DNA from: a virus
Lineage: Duplodnaviria; Caudoviricetes
Length of the DNA: 52,271 bases
Virus record (IMG/VR): IMGVR_UViG_3300047586_000105
Coordinates: 1 to 52,271 of that record
Direction: 5' to 3' (one strand)
Shown here: one piece after another, positions 35,525 through 43,941 of the stretch
How the letters are laid out: every line of letters begins with the position of its first letter
Position numbering within the stretch: the stretch's first letter is position 1
The notes under the pieces: generated by a model
Told to the model about the DNA's origin: nothing
Seen by the model: only the letters and a program-made list of their open reading frames with translations
Database searches by the model: none
Translations under genes and position numbers: made by a program

Positions 35525-36142
35525 TCAGGGCACCTGCGTGACCCCCAGCACGACGACCCCCGACCCCGCAGTGTAGGTGGAGAGTTGCTCGTACGTCCAG
35601 TAGCCCCAATTGCCGACGCAGGAGGCACCCGCGTACACCCGGAACGTCGTCCCAGCGTCCAAGCGGTAGTACCCCCAGGAGGCAGCGGCCACGTGGCTCT
35701 GCCAGCCGACGCAACGCCGCCCTGTTGGCTGCACCACCTCGTAGGAGAGGGTGTCTCCGCTCTGCCACAAGTTGAATGAGAGGGACGTGCGTGGCGTGAA
35801 GTACGGGACGCCGGCCACGATGTTGGTGATGTCAAGCGTGCCGAGGTTCTGCGGAATGGACAGCGACGCCCCGTTCAGGTCATCCGGAACCAGCGAGCCG
35901 TCAGCGTAGCGCCTCTTGGCCGACGCCCAAGTCACAGTCGTCGTGCGCGGCGGGAGGGTCAGAACCGTGCTCTGGCCGCTGGATACGCTCCCGTAGTTCG
36001 TACCGCCAGCCGACACGCTGACGGCTAGGTCAAGGCGGTTGAAGATGGTCACGGTGACAACGGTATCGGGGGCCGTGGTGCCACGGCAGGCAAGGAGCGC
36101 CGTGAGCAGGAGCACCGGGAAGCGGACTCGCATGGTCGCCAT
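35525..36142 (-). CDS. Lipoprotein (moron-like)
   Basis: RBS GGAGGGG; MATMRVRFPVLLLTALLA-C lipobox, then RGTTAPD; isolated by intergenic DNA upstream. Confidence 0.7.
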   Translation of the reverse strand: MATMRVRFPVLLLTALLACRGTTAPDTVVTVTIFNRLDLAVSVSAGGTNYGSVSSGQSTVLTLPPRTTTVTWASAKRRYADGSLVPDDLNGASLSIPQNLGTLDITNIVAGVPYFTPRTSLSFNLWQSGDTLSYEVVQPTGRRCVGWQSHVAAASWGYYRLDAGTTFRVYAGASCVGNWGYWTYEQLSTYTAGSGVVVLGVTQVP

Positions 36143-36229
36143 CCCCTCCAGAAGGGCAGTCGAACCTAGCACACGGCGCGCCCTGCGTCCATCGCCATCC
36201 TAGCCCCTAGGTGCCTCGCAGCGACACGC

Positions 36230-36266
36230 AGGCCCCGGAAGCCCCCTACCCCTGTCTCCGGGGCCT
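36230..36266. terminator. Hairpin at the end of the early operon
   Basis: AGGCCCCGGA...TCCGGGGCCT 10-bp stem; no clear U-tract. Confidence 0.35.
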
Positions 36267-36296
36267 CGTTCGCTCACTGGCGGCCTGTCTGAGCTC

Positions 36297-36322
36297 CGGC
36301 GCTGGGTCGTGACAGCGATTAG
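36297..36322 (-). repeat. Right copy of the 26-bp imperfect inverted repeat
   Basis: CGGCGCTGGGTCGTGACAGCGATTAG. Confidence 0.7.
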
Positions 36323-36337
36323 CCGCGCTACTTCGGC

Positions 36338-36754
36338 TTACAGGGCTTCTTGGGCTTCATCTTGGACACCCCCTTTCAGTTGCCGCTGATCCCATGCTTC
36401 TCCAAACCCGGCTGCAGCGAGGGCAAGGTCAATGCCGTGCCGTCGCTCGAACGTCAGCAGGCCGACCCGGTGCTGTTCGTCATGGCATCGCCGATCCATT
36501 GGCACGGTGTTGCCGATATCATCACCGCCAGCGCCGCGGGTCTTGACATGGCAACACTCCGACTCCCCATCCCGCCCGCACACGACGCACGGGAACTGTC
36601 GTATCCACTTCCGGTGCGCCGGGTCGCGCCGCTTGCGGAACCACCCCTTCCCCTTGGCGCGGATTCGGGACTTCCGTTTGGGGGAATCCCCGCTAGGGTT
36701 TAGGGTGGACTTGGCCCGGAACCAGCGCCGGCGGCGCAACGGCGTTCGCTTCAG
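36338..36754 (-). CDS. HNH-type nuclease (DUF968-like)
   Basis: HRKWIRQFPCVVCG...HVKTRGAGGDD..NTVPM...CHDEQH; probable CTG start giving the common KRTPLRR N-terminus (alternative TTG at 36739). Confidence 0.7.
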   Translation of the reverse strand: MKRTPLRRRRWFRAKSTLNPSGDSPKRKSRIRAKGKGWFRKRRDPAHRKWIRQFPCVVCGRDGESECCHVKTRGAGGDDIGNTVPMDRRCHDEQHRVGLLTFERRHGIDLALAAAGFGEAWDQRQLKGGVQDEAQEAL

Positions 36755-36930
36755 CGGGGCGTCTCCCGGGCAGCCCCCGACTCGTCGTAAGTGTAGTCGT
36801 CTTCGGCGGTTGAGTCAGCCTGGCAACAGGAGCGGCACCGTCCGCATCCGCAGGGGCACGGAGGGTTGTAGCCGCCGCAGTCGTCGAGGTGGAACTCGTC
36901 TCCGCACTCGTAGCAGTAGCCGTCAGCCAC
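36751..36930 (-). CDS. Cys-rich small protein (59 aa, 9 Cys)
   Basis: RBS AGGAGG, GTG start; MADGYCYECGDEFHLDDCGGYNPPCPCGCGRCRSCCQADSTAEDDYTYDESGAARETPR. Confidence 0.6.
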   Translation of the reverse strand: MADGYCYECGDEFHLDDCGGYNPPCPCGCGRCRSCCQADSTAEDDYTYDESGAARETPR

Positions 36931-37252
36931 GGGTTTCCTCCTTCTTGGGGGCGGACGCCGCCCGGAACGCCGCTAGTTTCGCGGGCCACGTCATCGGGTC
37001 CGTCGTGCCGAGTTCCGCGTCTTGAAGTTCTCGGCGGGTGACGCCCCAATTCGCCGCCGCTTCGGTGCAGGAGAGGTCGAGGGACCGCCGTGCATCCGCG
37101 ATCACCCTCCCTCGCGCCATCGCGTCGGCTTGCCACGCGGGCGCGACACCCGACCCCGCGCATCGCGGGCAGGGCACTTCGATGCGCCGGAACCCCGGAC
37201 AGGCGAAGCCGATGAGCTTCCCGGCTCCCCCGCATCCCGCGCAGTCACTCAT
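36923..37252 (-). CDS. CxxCxGxG zinc-finger plus HTH protein
   Basis: CAGCGGAG...CPRCAGSG; RRSLDLSCTEAAANWGVTRRELQDAELG. Confidence 0.65.
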   Translation of the reverse strand: MSDCAGCGGAGKLIGFACPGFRRIEVPCPRCAGSGVAPAWQADAMARGRVIADARRSLDLSCTEAAANWGVTRRELQDAELGTTDPMTWPAKLAAFRAASAPKKEETRG

Positions 37253-37517
37253 GGTCCTTCTCCTCCCGGGCAGCCCCACGAGCCAGACGGCGCAGCCACG
37301 TCCGCAATTCCCAACGTAGTTGTGGCTTCATCAGTCGCACGAAGCCGTCGGAACTGTCCGGCACCGTCTTGGCGCTCACCGCCAGCACGCCGCGACGGGC
37401 GAGGAAGGAGGCCATCTCCTCGTAAACGCCCGCCATCCCCATCGGCAGCACGCCCGCGTCCTCTTCGGCGGCAAGCAGCAGTCTTGTCAGAGCGCGCACA
37501 TTGGCGCTGGGCTTCAT
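37245..37517 (-). CDS. Hypothetical protein
   Basis: 90 aa in the coupled gene chain. Confidence 0.5.
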   Translation of the reverse strand: MKPSANVRALTRLLLAAEEDAGVLPMGMAGVYEEMASFLARRGVLAVSAKTVPDSSDGFVRLMKPQLRWELRTWLRRLARGAAREEKDHE

Positions 37518-37545
37518 GGGGGCGTCGCCCGCTGCCGGGGCCGCG

Positions 37546-37740
37546 TCACCGGGACACTACCGGAAGTTCCGTCAACCATCGCGTGACGCAGAGACCTGAG
37601 CAGAGTTCTCCGACGCGGTCATTGGCACACAAGACGCGCTGAACGACATGGAACCAGCCAATCGGGATGCCTGAAAGCGTGGAGCGCTCTTCATGTCCGC
37701 AATGCTCACACTTCCATTGCGTGTAAGTCGTCTTGCTCAT
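37546..37740 (-). CDS. Small zinc-binding protein
   Basis: WKCEHCG...ELCSGLC; RBS GGAGG. Confidence 0.55.
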   Translation of the reverse strand: MSKTTYTQWKCEHCGHEERSTLSGIPIGWFHVVQRVLCANDRVGELCSGLCVTRWLTELPVVSR

Positions 37741-37825
37741 TCGTCCCTCCCGCCTGCAATGAGATGCGGACGCGGTCGCGGCTCGATGCGCCGCAGAATC
37801 AGTCCCGCCCGGTAGAGGTAGCCCA

Positions 37826-38092
37826 TCACCGATTTCCCTTCCTGCGCTGCCCTCGCCGGCCGAGGTTGCGCGCCCGGCTGGCCGTCTCCATCGCCCACTT
37901 CCGGCGCTTCGCCCTTGCGCTCTTGGTCCGCTTCCGGTTGTTGCCGATGTGGCGTGTCGGCTTGGGCAGGAGGTCCGACTTCCCCTGTGAGGGCGACGGA
38001 GGCACCGGGAGCGCATGACCGGAACCGTGGCCGTGGACCAAGCCGATGAGGGCACCGAGGGCACCCCAGATCAACGCGCGGGGACGACTCAT
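37826..38092 (-). CDS. Small protein with hydrophobic N-terminus and very basic C-terminus
   Basis: LIWGALGALIGLV; K/R-rich tail. Confidence 0.5.
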   Translation of the reverse strand: MSRPRALIWGALGALIGLVHGHGSGHALPVPPSPSQGKSDLLPKPTRHIGNNRKRTKSARAKRRKWAMETASRARNLGRRGQRRKGNR

Positions 38093-38101
38093 CTCTTCAC
38101 C

Positions 38102-38506
38102 TCACCGTAGGATGATGAACCCAAGGCGTGCGAGCATCGCCTTCGCCTCGGGCACGCCGCCGCAGCCGCTCGGGATGCCGCACGCCTCGTTGCGTCGCTG
38201 GAAGGCGACCTGTTCGGGCGTCTGGCCGTCGCGGTTGCTCGGCTTCTTAACCTCAAACCACAGGGCCTCTCCGCGCTTCTCGAACTGCACATAGAGGTCT
38301 GCCAGCCCCTTCGTCTGTCGCGTCGTCCCGTGTCCCCTGCCGCCGGGTCGGTAGCCCTGCGCCAGATTGCTCACGAAGCCACCCACGCGCTCGAACAGGT
38401 CGCGTACCGCCTGCTGCGTCTGCGCCTCGGTGATGGCGCGACAGGTGGCGCACAGGTCCACGCGCACCTTCGGGCCGCACACGCAGCCGCAGTTGCGACA
38501 CCTCAC
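38102..38506 (-). CDS. VRR-NUC-like PD-(D/E)xK nuclease
   Basis: KGLADLYV...LWFEVKKP...QTPEQVAF. Confidence 0.75.
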   Translation of the reverse strand: MRCRNCGCVCGPKVRVDLCATCRAITEAQTQQAVRDLFERVGGFVSNLAQGYRPGGRGHGTTRQTKGLADLYVQFEKRGEALWFEVKKPSNRDGQTPEQVAFQRRNEACGIPSGCGGVPEAKAMLARLGFIILR

Positions 38507-38739
38507 GCGAACGTCTCGTCGCCCGGGTAGTCGTCCGGCTCCTCGGCGCTCTCCTCGGCGTGTCGCTCCTCGTCCTCGCCCCGCGCCGACATCTCGGCGT
38601 CCTGTTGCATCTCGTAGGCGTAGTCATCGGCGAGTTCCCACAGGAACTTCCTGCGCTCTGCCGTGTCGGGCGTGCCCTCGCGTTGGTCGCGTTCGAGCCA
38701 GTCCTGATACTTCATCTCGGCGATACTTCGGTGGCTCAT
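38503..38739 (-). CDS. Acidic hypothetical protein
   Basis: ATGA overlap; MSHRSIAEMKYQDW... Confidence 0.55.
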   Translation of the reverse strand: MSHRSIAEMKYQDWLERDQREGTPDTAERRKFLWELADDYAYEMQQDAEMSARGEDEERHAEESAEEPDDYPGDETFA

Positions 38740-39089
38740 TCGCCCTCCGAGGTGCGCCGGGGCCGCCGCAGGTCGCTGTGGTCCTGGGGTCGCGCCGGCT
38801 GGTGGAACTTCAGGAGGAAGCGGTCGAGGCACGGGTCACAGGGCGCGTTCCGCGGCTCCTCGTCGTCGTACTGCGGCGTCAGGGAGAAGCCGACGTAGGA
38901 CCGCCCGCAGCCGTGGAACCGCCGCCCCAGCCAGTCCTCGAAGTCGTCGCAGACCTTCCGGATGCGATACAGGGGGAAGTCGCTCTCATCGTGCTTGAGG
39001 GGCGTCGCCCCCGAGTGCTCGTTGGGCCGCGTGGGGTCCACGGGCGTGGGCTGGCCGAGAACGCGGCTGATGTGCACGAGTTCACCCAT
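38736..39089 (-). CDS. Hypothetical protein downstream of the initiator
   Basis: MGELVHISRVLG; GCG...PCDPC. Confidence 0.55.
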   Translation of the reverse strand: MGELVHISRVLGQPTPVDPTRPNEHSGATPLKHDESDFPLYRIRKVCDDFEDWLGRRFHGCGRSYVGFSLTPQYDDEEPRNAPCDPCLDRFLLKFHQPARPQDHSDLRRPRRTSEGE

Positions 39090-40008
39090 CGCCACCCTCC
39101 GAGGTAGTGGTGGGCGAGAGGTAGCGGATGGCGGTCGGATGGGGCTTCCCGGCACGGAAGCCGGGGCAGAACCCCGCCAGTTTCTCGATCTGCTCCTGGT
39201 CGCGGAGGATGATCGCGAACGCGGACTGTTTGCGGCGGTCCACCCACGGGTCGAGCAGGACCCCGTCCACGACGTAGAGTAGGAGGCTGACGTCGTCGTC
39301 GTTCTCGCGGAGCGCCTTCACGATGAGGCGTTCGACCTTGTCGTTGTACCGGGGCTCGGGCTTGATGCCGAGGCGCTTCACCCGGTAGGCGAACACGAGT
39401 TCGGCACAGACCCGCCTCATCGCCTCCTTGTCCTGCCGGAGCGCGGTGCGGGCCTCCACCGTGGCGAGCGCATCCCGAGCGTGCTGCCGGACCTCGGTGA
39501 CCGATCGACCCTTGCGACGGACGAGGGCGGTACCGGGGACAGGAGTAGTTGCCTCTGCTTCTGTGTGACTACTAGCATCTTTACTACTACTACTAGATAC
39601 AGAGTCACTGCTTGGGGTTTGCTGCACCGTTGCTTCGTTCTTGCTTGAAGCGACCCTTCGCCTCCTAAGTCCTGATATGATACCACCCTTGCGGCCACTC
39701 ACCGCCTTTGCTTCATGCTTTGCTTCCTGTTCGGCCCGGATTTCTTCGAGCCGAACGTTGAAGCGAACCGAAGCATCGCTTCGATCCACAGGGAAGCATG
39801 GCTTCACCTGGTCGAGTGCCTCTTGGGAGCACGGCTTCACGATGCACCCGCGTAGCCCCTCGTCGGACGCCGGGACGTTCCTGTTGACCCACTGGCTCCG
39901 GAGGAGGGTGTTGTATGCCCCCTCCGCCTCCAAGGTCATTGCCCGCACCTTCTGGCTCGACTCGTAGTGGTGGACATACAGTGGGAACCAAGGCATCCGG
40001 TCACCCAT
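39082..40008 (-). CDS. Replication initiator-like protein (DUF1376/YdaU-like N-terminus)
   Basis: MPWFPLY...MTLEAEGAYNTLLRSQW, SGRKGG, Ser-rich linker encoded by AAGCA repeats and an AT-rich tract. Confidence 0.7.
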   Translation of the reverse strand: MGDRMPWFPLYVHHYESSQKVRAMTLEAEGAYNTLLRSQWVNRNVPASDEGLRGCIVKPCSQEALDQVKPCFPVDRSDASVRFNVRLEEIRAEQEAKHEAKAVSGRKGGIISGLRRRRVASSKNEATVQQTPSSDSVSSSSSKDASSHTEAEATTPVPGTALVRRKGRSVTEVRQHARDALATVEARTALRQDKEAMRRVCAELVFAYRVKRLGIKPEPRYNDKVERLIVKALRENDDDVSLLLYVVDGVLLDPWVDRRKQSAFAIILRDQEQIEKLAGFCPGFRAGKPHPTAIRYLSPTTTSEGGDG

Positions 40009-40639
40009 CGGCCCGCCCGTCGTTCAGGTGGCCGTGCTGACCACGAGGCGCCAGCGGTACCCCGATGGCGGCGAAGGCGGCGCGGATCTCGGCACCCATA
40101 CCGCGAACCTTCCGGTGGGCTCCAACCCAGATGTTCTCCATGCAGCCGCCAGCCTGCTCTGCCGGCACCACCCTACCCGAGGCCCGGGACGCGATTTCTC
40201 TCCACAACGGAGCCCGCCCTAGTTCCGCGTACAGCGTCTTGCCAGCGTCCAGTACGGCAACCCTGCGGGCTGCGGCATCCTCCCTCCGTTGGACCAATCG
40301 GTCGGCGATGCGCGCGGCGACGTGGGGTTGCTTCTCTCGTCTCTCGCCCCGACGCCCGATAGGGCGGAACCGCTGGTCGGCCTCGACCCAGACGCGCGTC
40401 CACGGGCCGCGTTCGGGTGCGATGCCGAGGGCCCTTCTCCACTGCCGCACCCGCTCCCGACTCACGCCGAACATCATCCCGACCTCGGAACAGGTGTATC
40501 GCTCCTCCACGAGGAGGATGCGCAGACTTTCGGCGAAGCCAGGGATGTCCACCACGCGGCCCGCGGGTCCCTTGGGGAGAGGACCCTTGATGCGCTCCCA
40601 TGCCTTCCGGTGCAGCGCGGCGACCGTGCTATCCCTCAT
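40001..40639 (-). CDS. Sigma70 region-4-like HTH protein
   Basis: YTCSEVGMMFGVSRERVRQW. Confidence 0.65.
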   Translation of the reverse strand: MRDSTVAALHRKAWERIKGPLPKGPAGRVVDIPGFAESLRILLVEERYTCSEVGMMFGVSRERVRQWRRALGIAPERGPWTRVWVEADQRFRPIGRRGERREKQPHVAARIADRLVQRREDAAARRVAVLDAGKTLYAELGRAPLWREIASRASGRVVPAEQAGGCMENIWVGAHRKVRGMGAEIRAAFAAIGVPLAPRGQHGHLNDGRADG

Positions 40640-41015
40640 CGGACGCCCTCTCGGCCCGAACGACGGGTGGTGGCCCGCCGTCCTGGGTGACCACGATGGC
40701 GGCCCGCGCGATGACGTCGAGAGCTGTGCCGATGCGTTCGAGCGCAAGTCGCGTCCGCTCTGGCGTCAGCCCCAGAGTGTTCGGCTGCCCGCAGGCGACC
40801 CAGAACAGTCCTTCGGCTACGGGGACGACCAAGGGAGCGGCGAGGCGCGTACAGGCCAGGCAGGGCGTCCGCGTGCCCATCGTGAGGCGATGCGCAGGAC
40901 CCCGCCGGCGGCAGATGAGCGTGGCGATCGCCCGGACCGTCTGCTTCCAGACGTGCTTCGGCTCGGCGTAGGGGTGGTCGAGCGCCGGGACGTCGGGCAC
41001 GGGGAGTGCCGTCAC
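40629..41015 (-). CDS. Hypothetical protein
   Basis: GTGA overlap; PCLAC. Confidence 0.45.
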   Translation of the reverse strand: MTALPVPDVPALDHPYAEPKHVWKQTVRAIATLICRRRGPAHRLTMGTRTPCLACTRLAAPLVVPVAEGLFWVACGQPNTLGLTPERTRLALERIGTALDVIARAAIVVTQDGGPPPVVRAERASDEG

Positions 41016-41275
41016 CCGGCAGCCTTCACGCCGTGCGCCTCTTGCCAGTGCTGACGGCACATCTTCTCGCCGGGGATGGCCAGATGGGTACACGCCGCCG
41101 TGCTCTGGCCTTCCCGGTTCCCGATGCGGTAGGCGCAGATGCGCGGCTGCCACTTCGGGAGGTACGGTGCGTTCGGGTTCCACTGGCAGGCGCGGCACGA
41201 GTAGTGGCGTACCACGCCCTCGACGAACATCCCGAACAGGAAGGCTCCCGCGATGGGGACGATGGCGGGGATCAC
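41012..41275 (-). CDS. Hypothetical protein with TM segment and Cys/His motifs
   Basis: GTGA overlap; CRAC...C...C...MCRQH. Confidence 0.5.
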   Translation of the reverse strand: MIPAIVPIAGAFLFGMFVEGVVRHYSCRACQWNPNAPYLPKWQPRICAYRIGNREGQSTAACTHLAIPGEKMCRQHWQEAHGVKAAG

Positions 41276-41574
41276 AGGTCGCCCGCGTCGCACATGGCGG
41301 CGAGCAGGCCCGCCGCGATGACCCGGCAGTCGTCGCCCTTGCGGTCGCGCGTCCAGTAGAAGACGAGGCCGTTGACCTGGTCAAACAGTTCGATGGGTTC
41401 CGCAAACGCCAGCCACACCCTGACCGGTTCGCGGGTTGTCGCCAGATCGGCGGCGTGGCACAACCCGGCCGATGAGATGCCGACCGAGGGACGCTCGCCG
41501 TGTCCATTCCGCTCGAACGCCCGCGCGATGCGCCGCCACTTCGCCGCCGCGCGCTCCCGCTCACGCTTCGTCAT
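41272..41574 (-). CDS. Hypothetical protein
   Basis: ATGA overlap; GLCHA...RVIAAGLLAAMCDAGD. Confidence 0.55.
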   Translation of the reverse strand: MTKRERERAAAKWRRIARAFERNGHGERPSVGISSAGLCHAADLATTREPVRVWLAFAEPIELFDQVNGLVFYWTRDRKGDDCRVIAAGLLAAMCDAGDL

Positions 41575-41768
41575 GGACGCTCCTGCTGCGGGCACAGCGG
41601 CTCGCTCGCCCGCTGGTCGGCATCTTGGGCGGCCTTGTACGAACTCCACGCGGCCGTCAGGGTTTCGAGGGTGACAGGCACCCCGTCGTAGTCGCGGCGG
41701 GACTCCACGAGCATCCCGGCGACCTCGACCACCCGTTGCTGGCGGAACAGGACGTCGGCGCTTCTCAC
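41571..41768 (-). CDS. Hypothetical protein
   Basis: GTGA overlap. Confidence 0.45.
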   Translation of the reverse strand: MRSADVLFRQQRVVEVAGMLVESRRDYDGVPVTLETLTAAWSSYKAAQDADQRASEPLCPQQERP

Positions 41769-42025
41769 GCCTCTGACCCGCGAATCAGCGCCTCCAGCGA
41801 CCACAGGAGTTCGCGCTGACTGGCGACGAGGCACTTCAGCGCCGCCCGGTCGTAGGACCCCCGTGAGGCCAGCCGCAGCATCGCCCGCTGGCTGTTCTCG
41901 TCGAGCGTCTTGAGCAGGGCGTCCCGCTGGCCCGTCACGACTTCCAACTGCTTGCTGAGGGTCGTCAACCGGGCGAGCCGCTTCTCGGACTTGAGCGGCT
42001 TCCCGGCCTTAGTCGGTCGGTTCAT
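41765..42025 (-). CDS. Hypothetical coiled-coil protein, first gene after att
   Basis: MNRPTKAGK..., RBS AGGGG. Confidence 0.55.
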   Translation of the reverse strand: MNRPTKAGKPLKSEKRLARLTTLSKQLEVVTGQRDALLKTLDENSQRAMLRLASRGSYDRAALKCLVASQRELLWSLEALIRGSEA

Positions 42026-42163
42026 CGGCACCCCTTCGGTAGACGAGTTGCGGTGGCTAGCGCGGGGACTTGCTGGCGGCCCTGGGCATCGTATTGGCGG
42101 CGTCCTGTCGGAATACCGACAGTCGGCACTATGAAAAAGTGGCCGTTGCCCCGCGACAGCGAA

Positions 42164-42208
42164 GGACTCATAATCCGTTGGTCGGAGGTTCGAGCCCTCC
42201 AGGGCCCA
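42164..42208 (+). mobile_element. Attachment-site core: 3' half of a tRNA with CAT anticodon (Ile2/Met type)
   Basis: GGA-CTCATAA-TCC-GTTGGTC-GGAGG-TTCGAGC-CCTCC-AGGGCCCA with no matching 5' acceptor strand or D-arm; IHF-like AACGACTTA adjacent; tyrosine integrase 2.4 kb away. Confidence 0.8.
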
Positions 42209-42272
42209 TAACGACTTACACGATTCACGAAGCGTGAAACGAGCGGGGGTGTGGTGGGCCCTGTGGTGGCGA

Positions 42273-42539
42273 TCATCCGGCAAGCCTCAAAGGATTCAGA
42301 CACCGCGTACGGGTCGCGCGGTCATCCTCCACTGGGAACCTTACTGGCGGCAACGTGCCAGCCTGCTCGGTCGCCTCGTAGCCGTACTCGGCCTTCCCGT
42401 GCTCCCGCTCCCAGACACCCACGGCATCGTCGCTCGTCGCCGCGTCCAATTCCGACAGGAATCCCCGGAGAAGGAGGAAGGACGCCCCGTTGCGGTCGCT
42501 CCGCTTCTCGGAGATGCGCCAGACGGTCACTGTACGCAC
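42273..42539 (-). CDS. Hypothetical protein
   Basis: 88 aa; last gene before att. Confidence 0.4.
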   Translation of the reverse strand: MRTVTVWRISEKRSDRNGASFLLLRGFLSELDAATSDDAVGVWEREHGKAEYGYEATEQAGTLPPVRFPVEDDRATRTRCLNPLRLAG

Positions 42540-42724
42540 CGGAGAATCCCGATGGAGATGACGGCAACGATGACGCCTATCACGAGATAGCCGAACATCT
42601 TGAGCGCCCCCTCGACCAGTCGGTCCGTGACGGTTTCCGCCGACCCGCGCGTGGCGAGCATGATGAGGAACAGGGAGATGGCCCCCGCGAACACGATGAC
42701 CTCGTCGCAGCGGAAGGGGGTCAC
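42527..42724 (-). CDS. Two-TM small membrane protein
   Basis: VIVFAGAISLFLIML; FGYLVIGVIVAVISIGIL. Confidence 0.55.
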   Translation of the reverse strand: MTPFRCDEVIVFAGAISLFLIMLATRGSAETVTDRLVEGALKMFGYLVIGVIVAVISIGILRCVQ

Positions 42725-42951
42725 CGGGGGGCCTCCGGGTGTTCGTTCTCCCGCCTGTCCATGAACTCAGCCACGTCGCGGAGACAGTCCGCTGACCATT
42801 CGGTCGGGTAGCCTGGCCACAGCACGAGACGGCGCCAGCCCGGGGACCACATGATGTTGCCTAGGGAGGTTCCGTCGCGCTTGGCACACACGCCCCAAGT
42901 CGTCACCCTGCCGTGCTGCGGCTGCGCGACGAAGGCGATGTACTTAGCCAC
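42721..42951 (-). CDS. Hypothetical phage protein
   Basis: LGNIMWSPGWRR...WSADCLRDVAEF. Confidence 0.6.
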   Translation of the reverse strand: MAKYIAFVAQPQHGRVTTWGVCAKRDGTSLGNIMWSPGWRRLVLWPGYPTEWSADCLRDVAEFMDRRENEHPEAPR

Positions 42952-43192
42952 CGTCAGCCCCCGCTCTCTCCCGGCGCTCACGGAGAATCTGGTCTACCCG
43001 CTGCGCGTCCAGCCGTTCGTACCGCTCGACCTGAGAGAACAGGTGCGTCAGTTCGGCCGCGAGTTCATCCCCGGCCAAGGTGACTATCACTAGGGCCGTT
43101 CCCATACGCCCTTCCTCGACGTGCTGCGCTGCCTTGGCGATGGCCTCCGTCCAGCGTTGCACCGGCCCCGCAGTCGTCACGGGGTCAGCCAC
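42944..43192 (-). CDS. Hypothetical protein
   Basis: GTG 43192 overlapping the upstream stop. Confidence 0.45.
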   Translation of the reverse strand: MADPVTTAGPVQRWTEAIAKAAQHVEEGRMGTALVIVTLAGDELAAELTHLFSQVERYERLDAQRVDQILRERRERAGADGG

Positions 43193-43370
43193 CGCGCACC
43201 ACGATCCCGTGCACGCGGCTGACCGGGTGGGCGCAGGACGGATGGAAGGCATGGGGGCCGCGCCAGATGACCCGTCCGCCCTCGATCCGCTGGCCACAGG
43301 CGTAGCAGAGGGGCCGGACGGACGTGGTCCGCCTAGGGGCCGCAGGAGGGGCTGACGTGGAGGTGGTCAC
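43185..43370 (-). CDS. Small zinc-binding protein
   Basis: CYACGQRI...FHPSC. Confidence 0.5.
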   Translation of the reverse strand: MTTSTSAPPAAPRRTTSVRPLCYACGQRIEGGRVIWRGPHAFHPSCAHPVSRVHGIVVRGG

Positions 43371-43618
43371 GGGACGGCCCTCCAGTCACCTAGCCGAATC
43401 GCCTCTTCGGACGCTAGGGCAGCGCGTAGCGTCGACCCCGCAACCCTCATCGGCCCTGCCGTCATGACTACCCCGTGTGCCGTGGACCTGATCTCGTAGC
43501 CCACCGCAAGTAGGCGTGCGGCCCGGTCGAGGAGTTGCGTGTCTATGGGGGGAACGCGCGCGACCCCATGCCCCAGCGCCTTCTTCGACAGGGGGCCGAA
43601 TCCGAGGGGGGCGCTCAC
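43367..43618 (-). CDS. Hypothetical protein
   Basis: GTGA overlaps at both ends. Confidence 0.45.
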   Translation of the reverse strand: MSAPLGFGPLSKKALGHGVARVPPIDTQLLDRAARLLAVGYEIRSTAHGVVMTAGPMRVAGSTLRAALASEEAIRLGDWRAVP

Positions 43619-43941
43619 GGGGTCCCCCGGAAGGCGCGCAGGGCTGCGGAGGGAAAGGTAGACACGGCGCCGATAGCAACGGCATGGGCCGCCGCGTCCA
43701 GTGCCGCCTCGATCTTCCGGGCGATGACTGCTGCGGTCTCGTCCACCTTCGCGTTGTGGGCGTCCAAGCCGCAGTCGCAGGGTCCGCCAATCGTAGACTC
43801 TTTGCAGGTGTTCCCCCCGTCGTGCTCCTCCGTGGCCGCCGGGCAGGTGTACCAGCAGTCCTCGTCGCAGACGTAGTGCTTCGTGCGCCGCAGGGGTTCG
43901 AGCGCCTCGCGCACGGTGCCGAGCCAGGGGGAGTCGGTCAT
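43615..43941 (-). CDS. Cys/His-rich hypothetical protein
   Basis: HYVCDEDCWYTCP...CDCGLDAHNAKV. Confidence 0.6.
   Translation of the reverse strand: MTDSPWLGTVREALEPLRRTKHYVCDEDCWYTCPAATEEHDGGNTCKESTIGGPCDCGLDAHNAKVDETAAVIARKIEAALDAAAHAVAIGAVSTFPSAALRAFRGTP

Noticed and set aside
42135-42208. Complete tRNA-Ile2/Met gene
   Set aside because: The upstream sequence cannot pair with the 3' acceptor strand AGGGCCC and has no D-arm; only the 3' half is present, so it is called an att core
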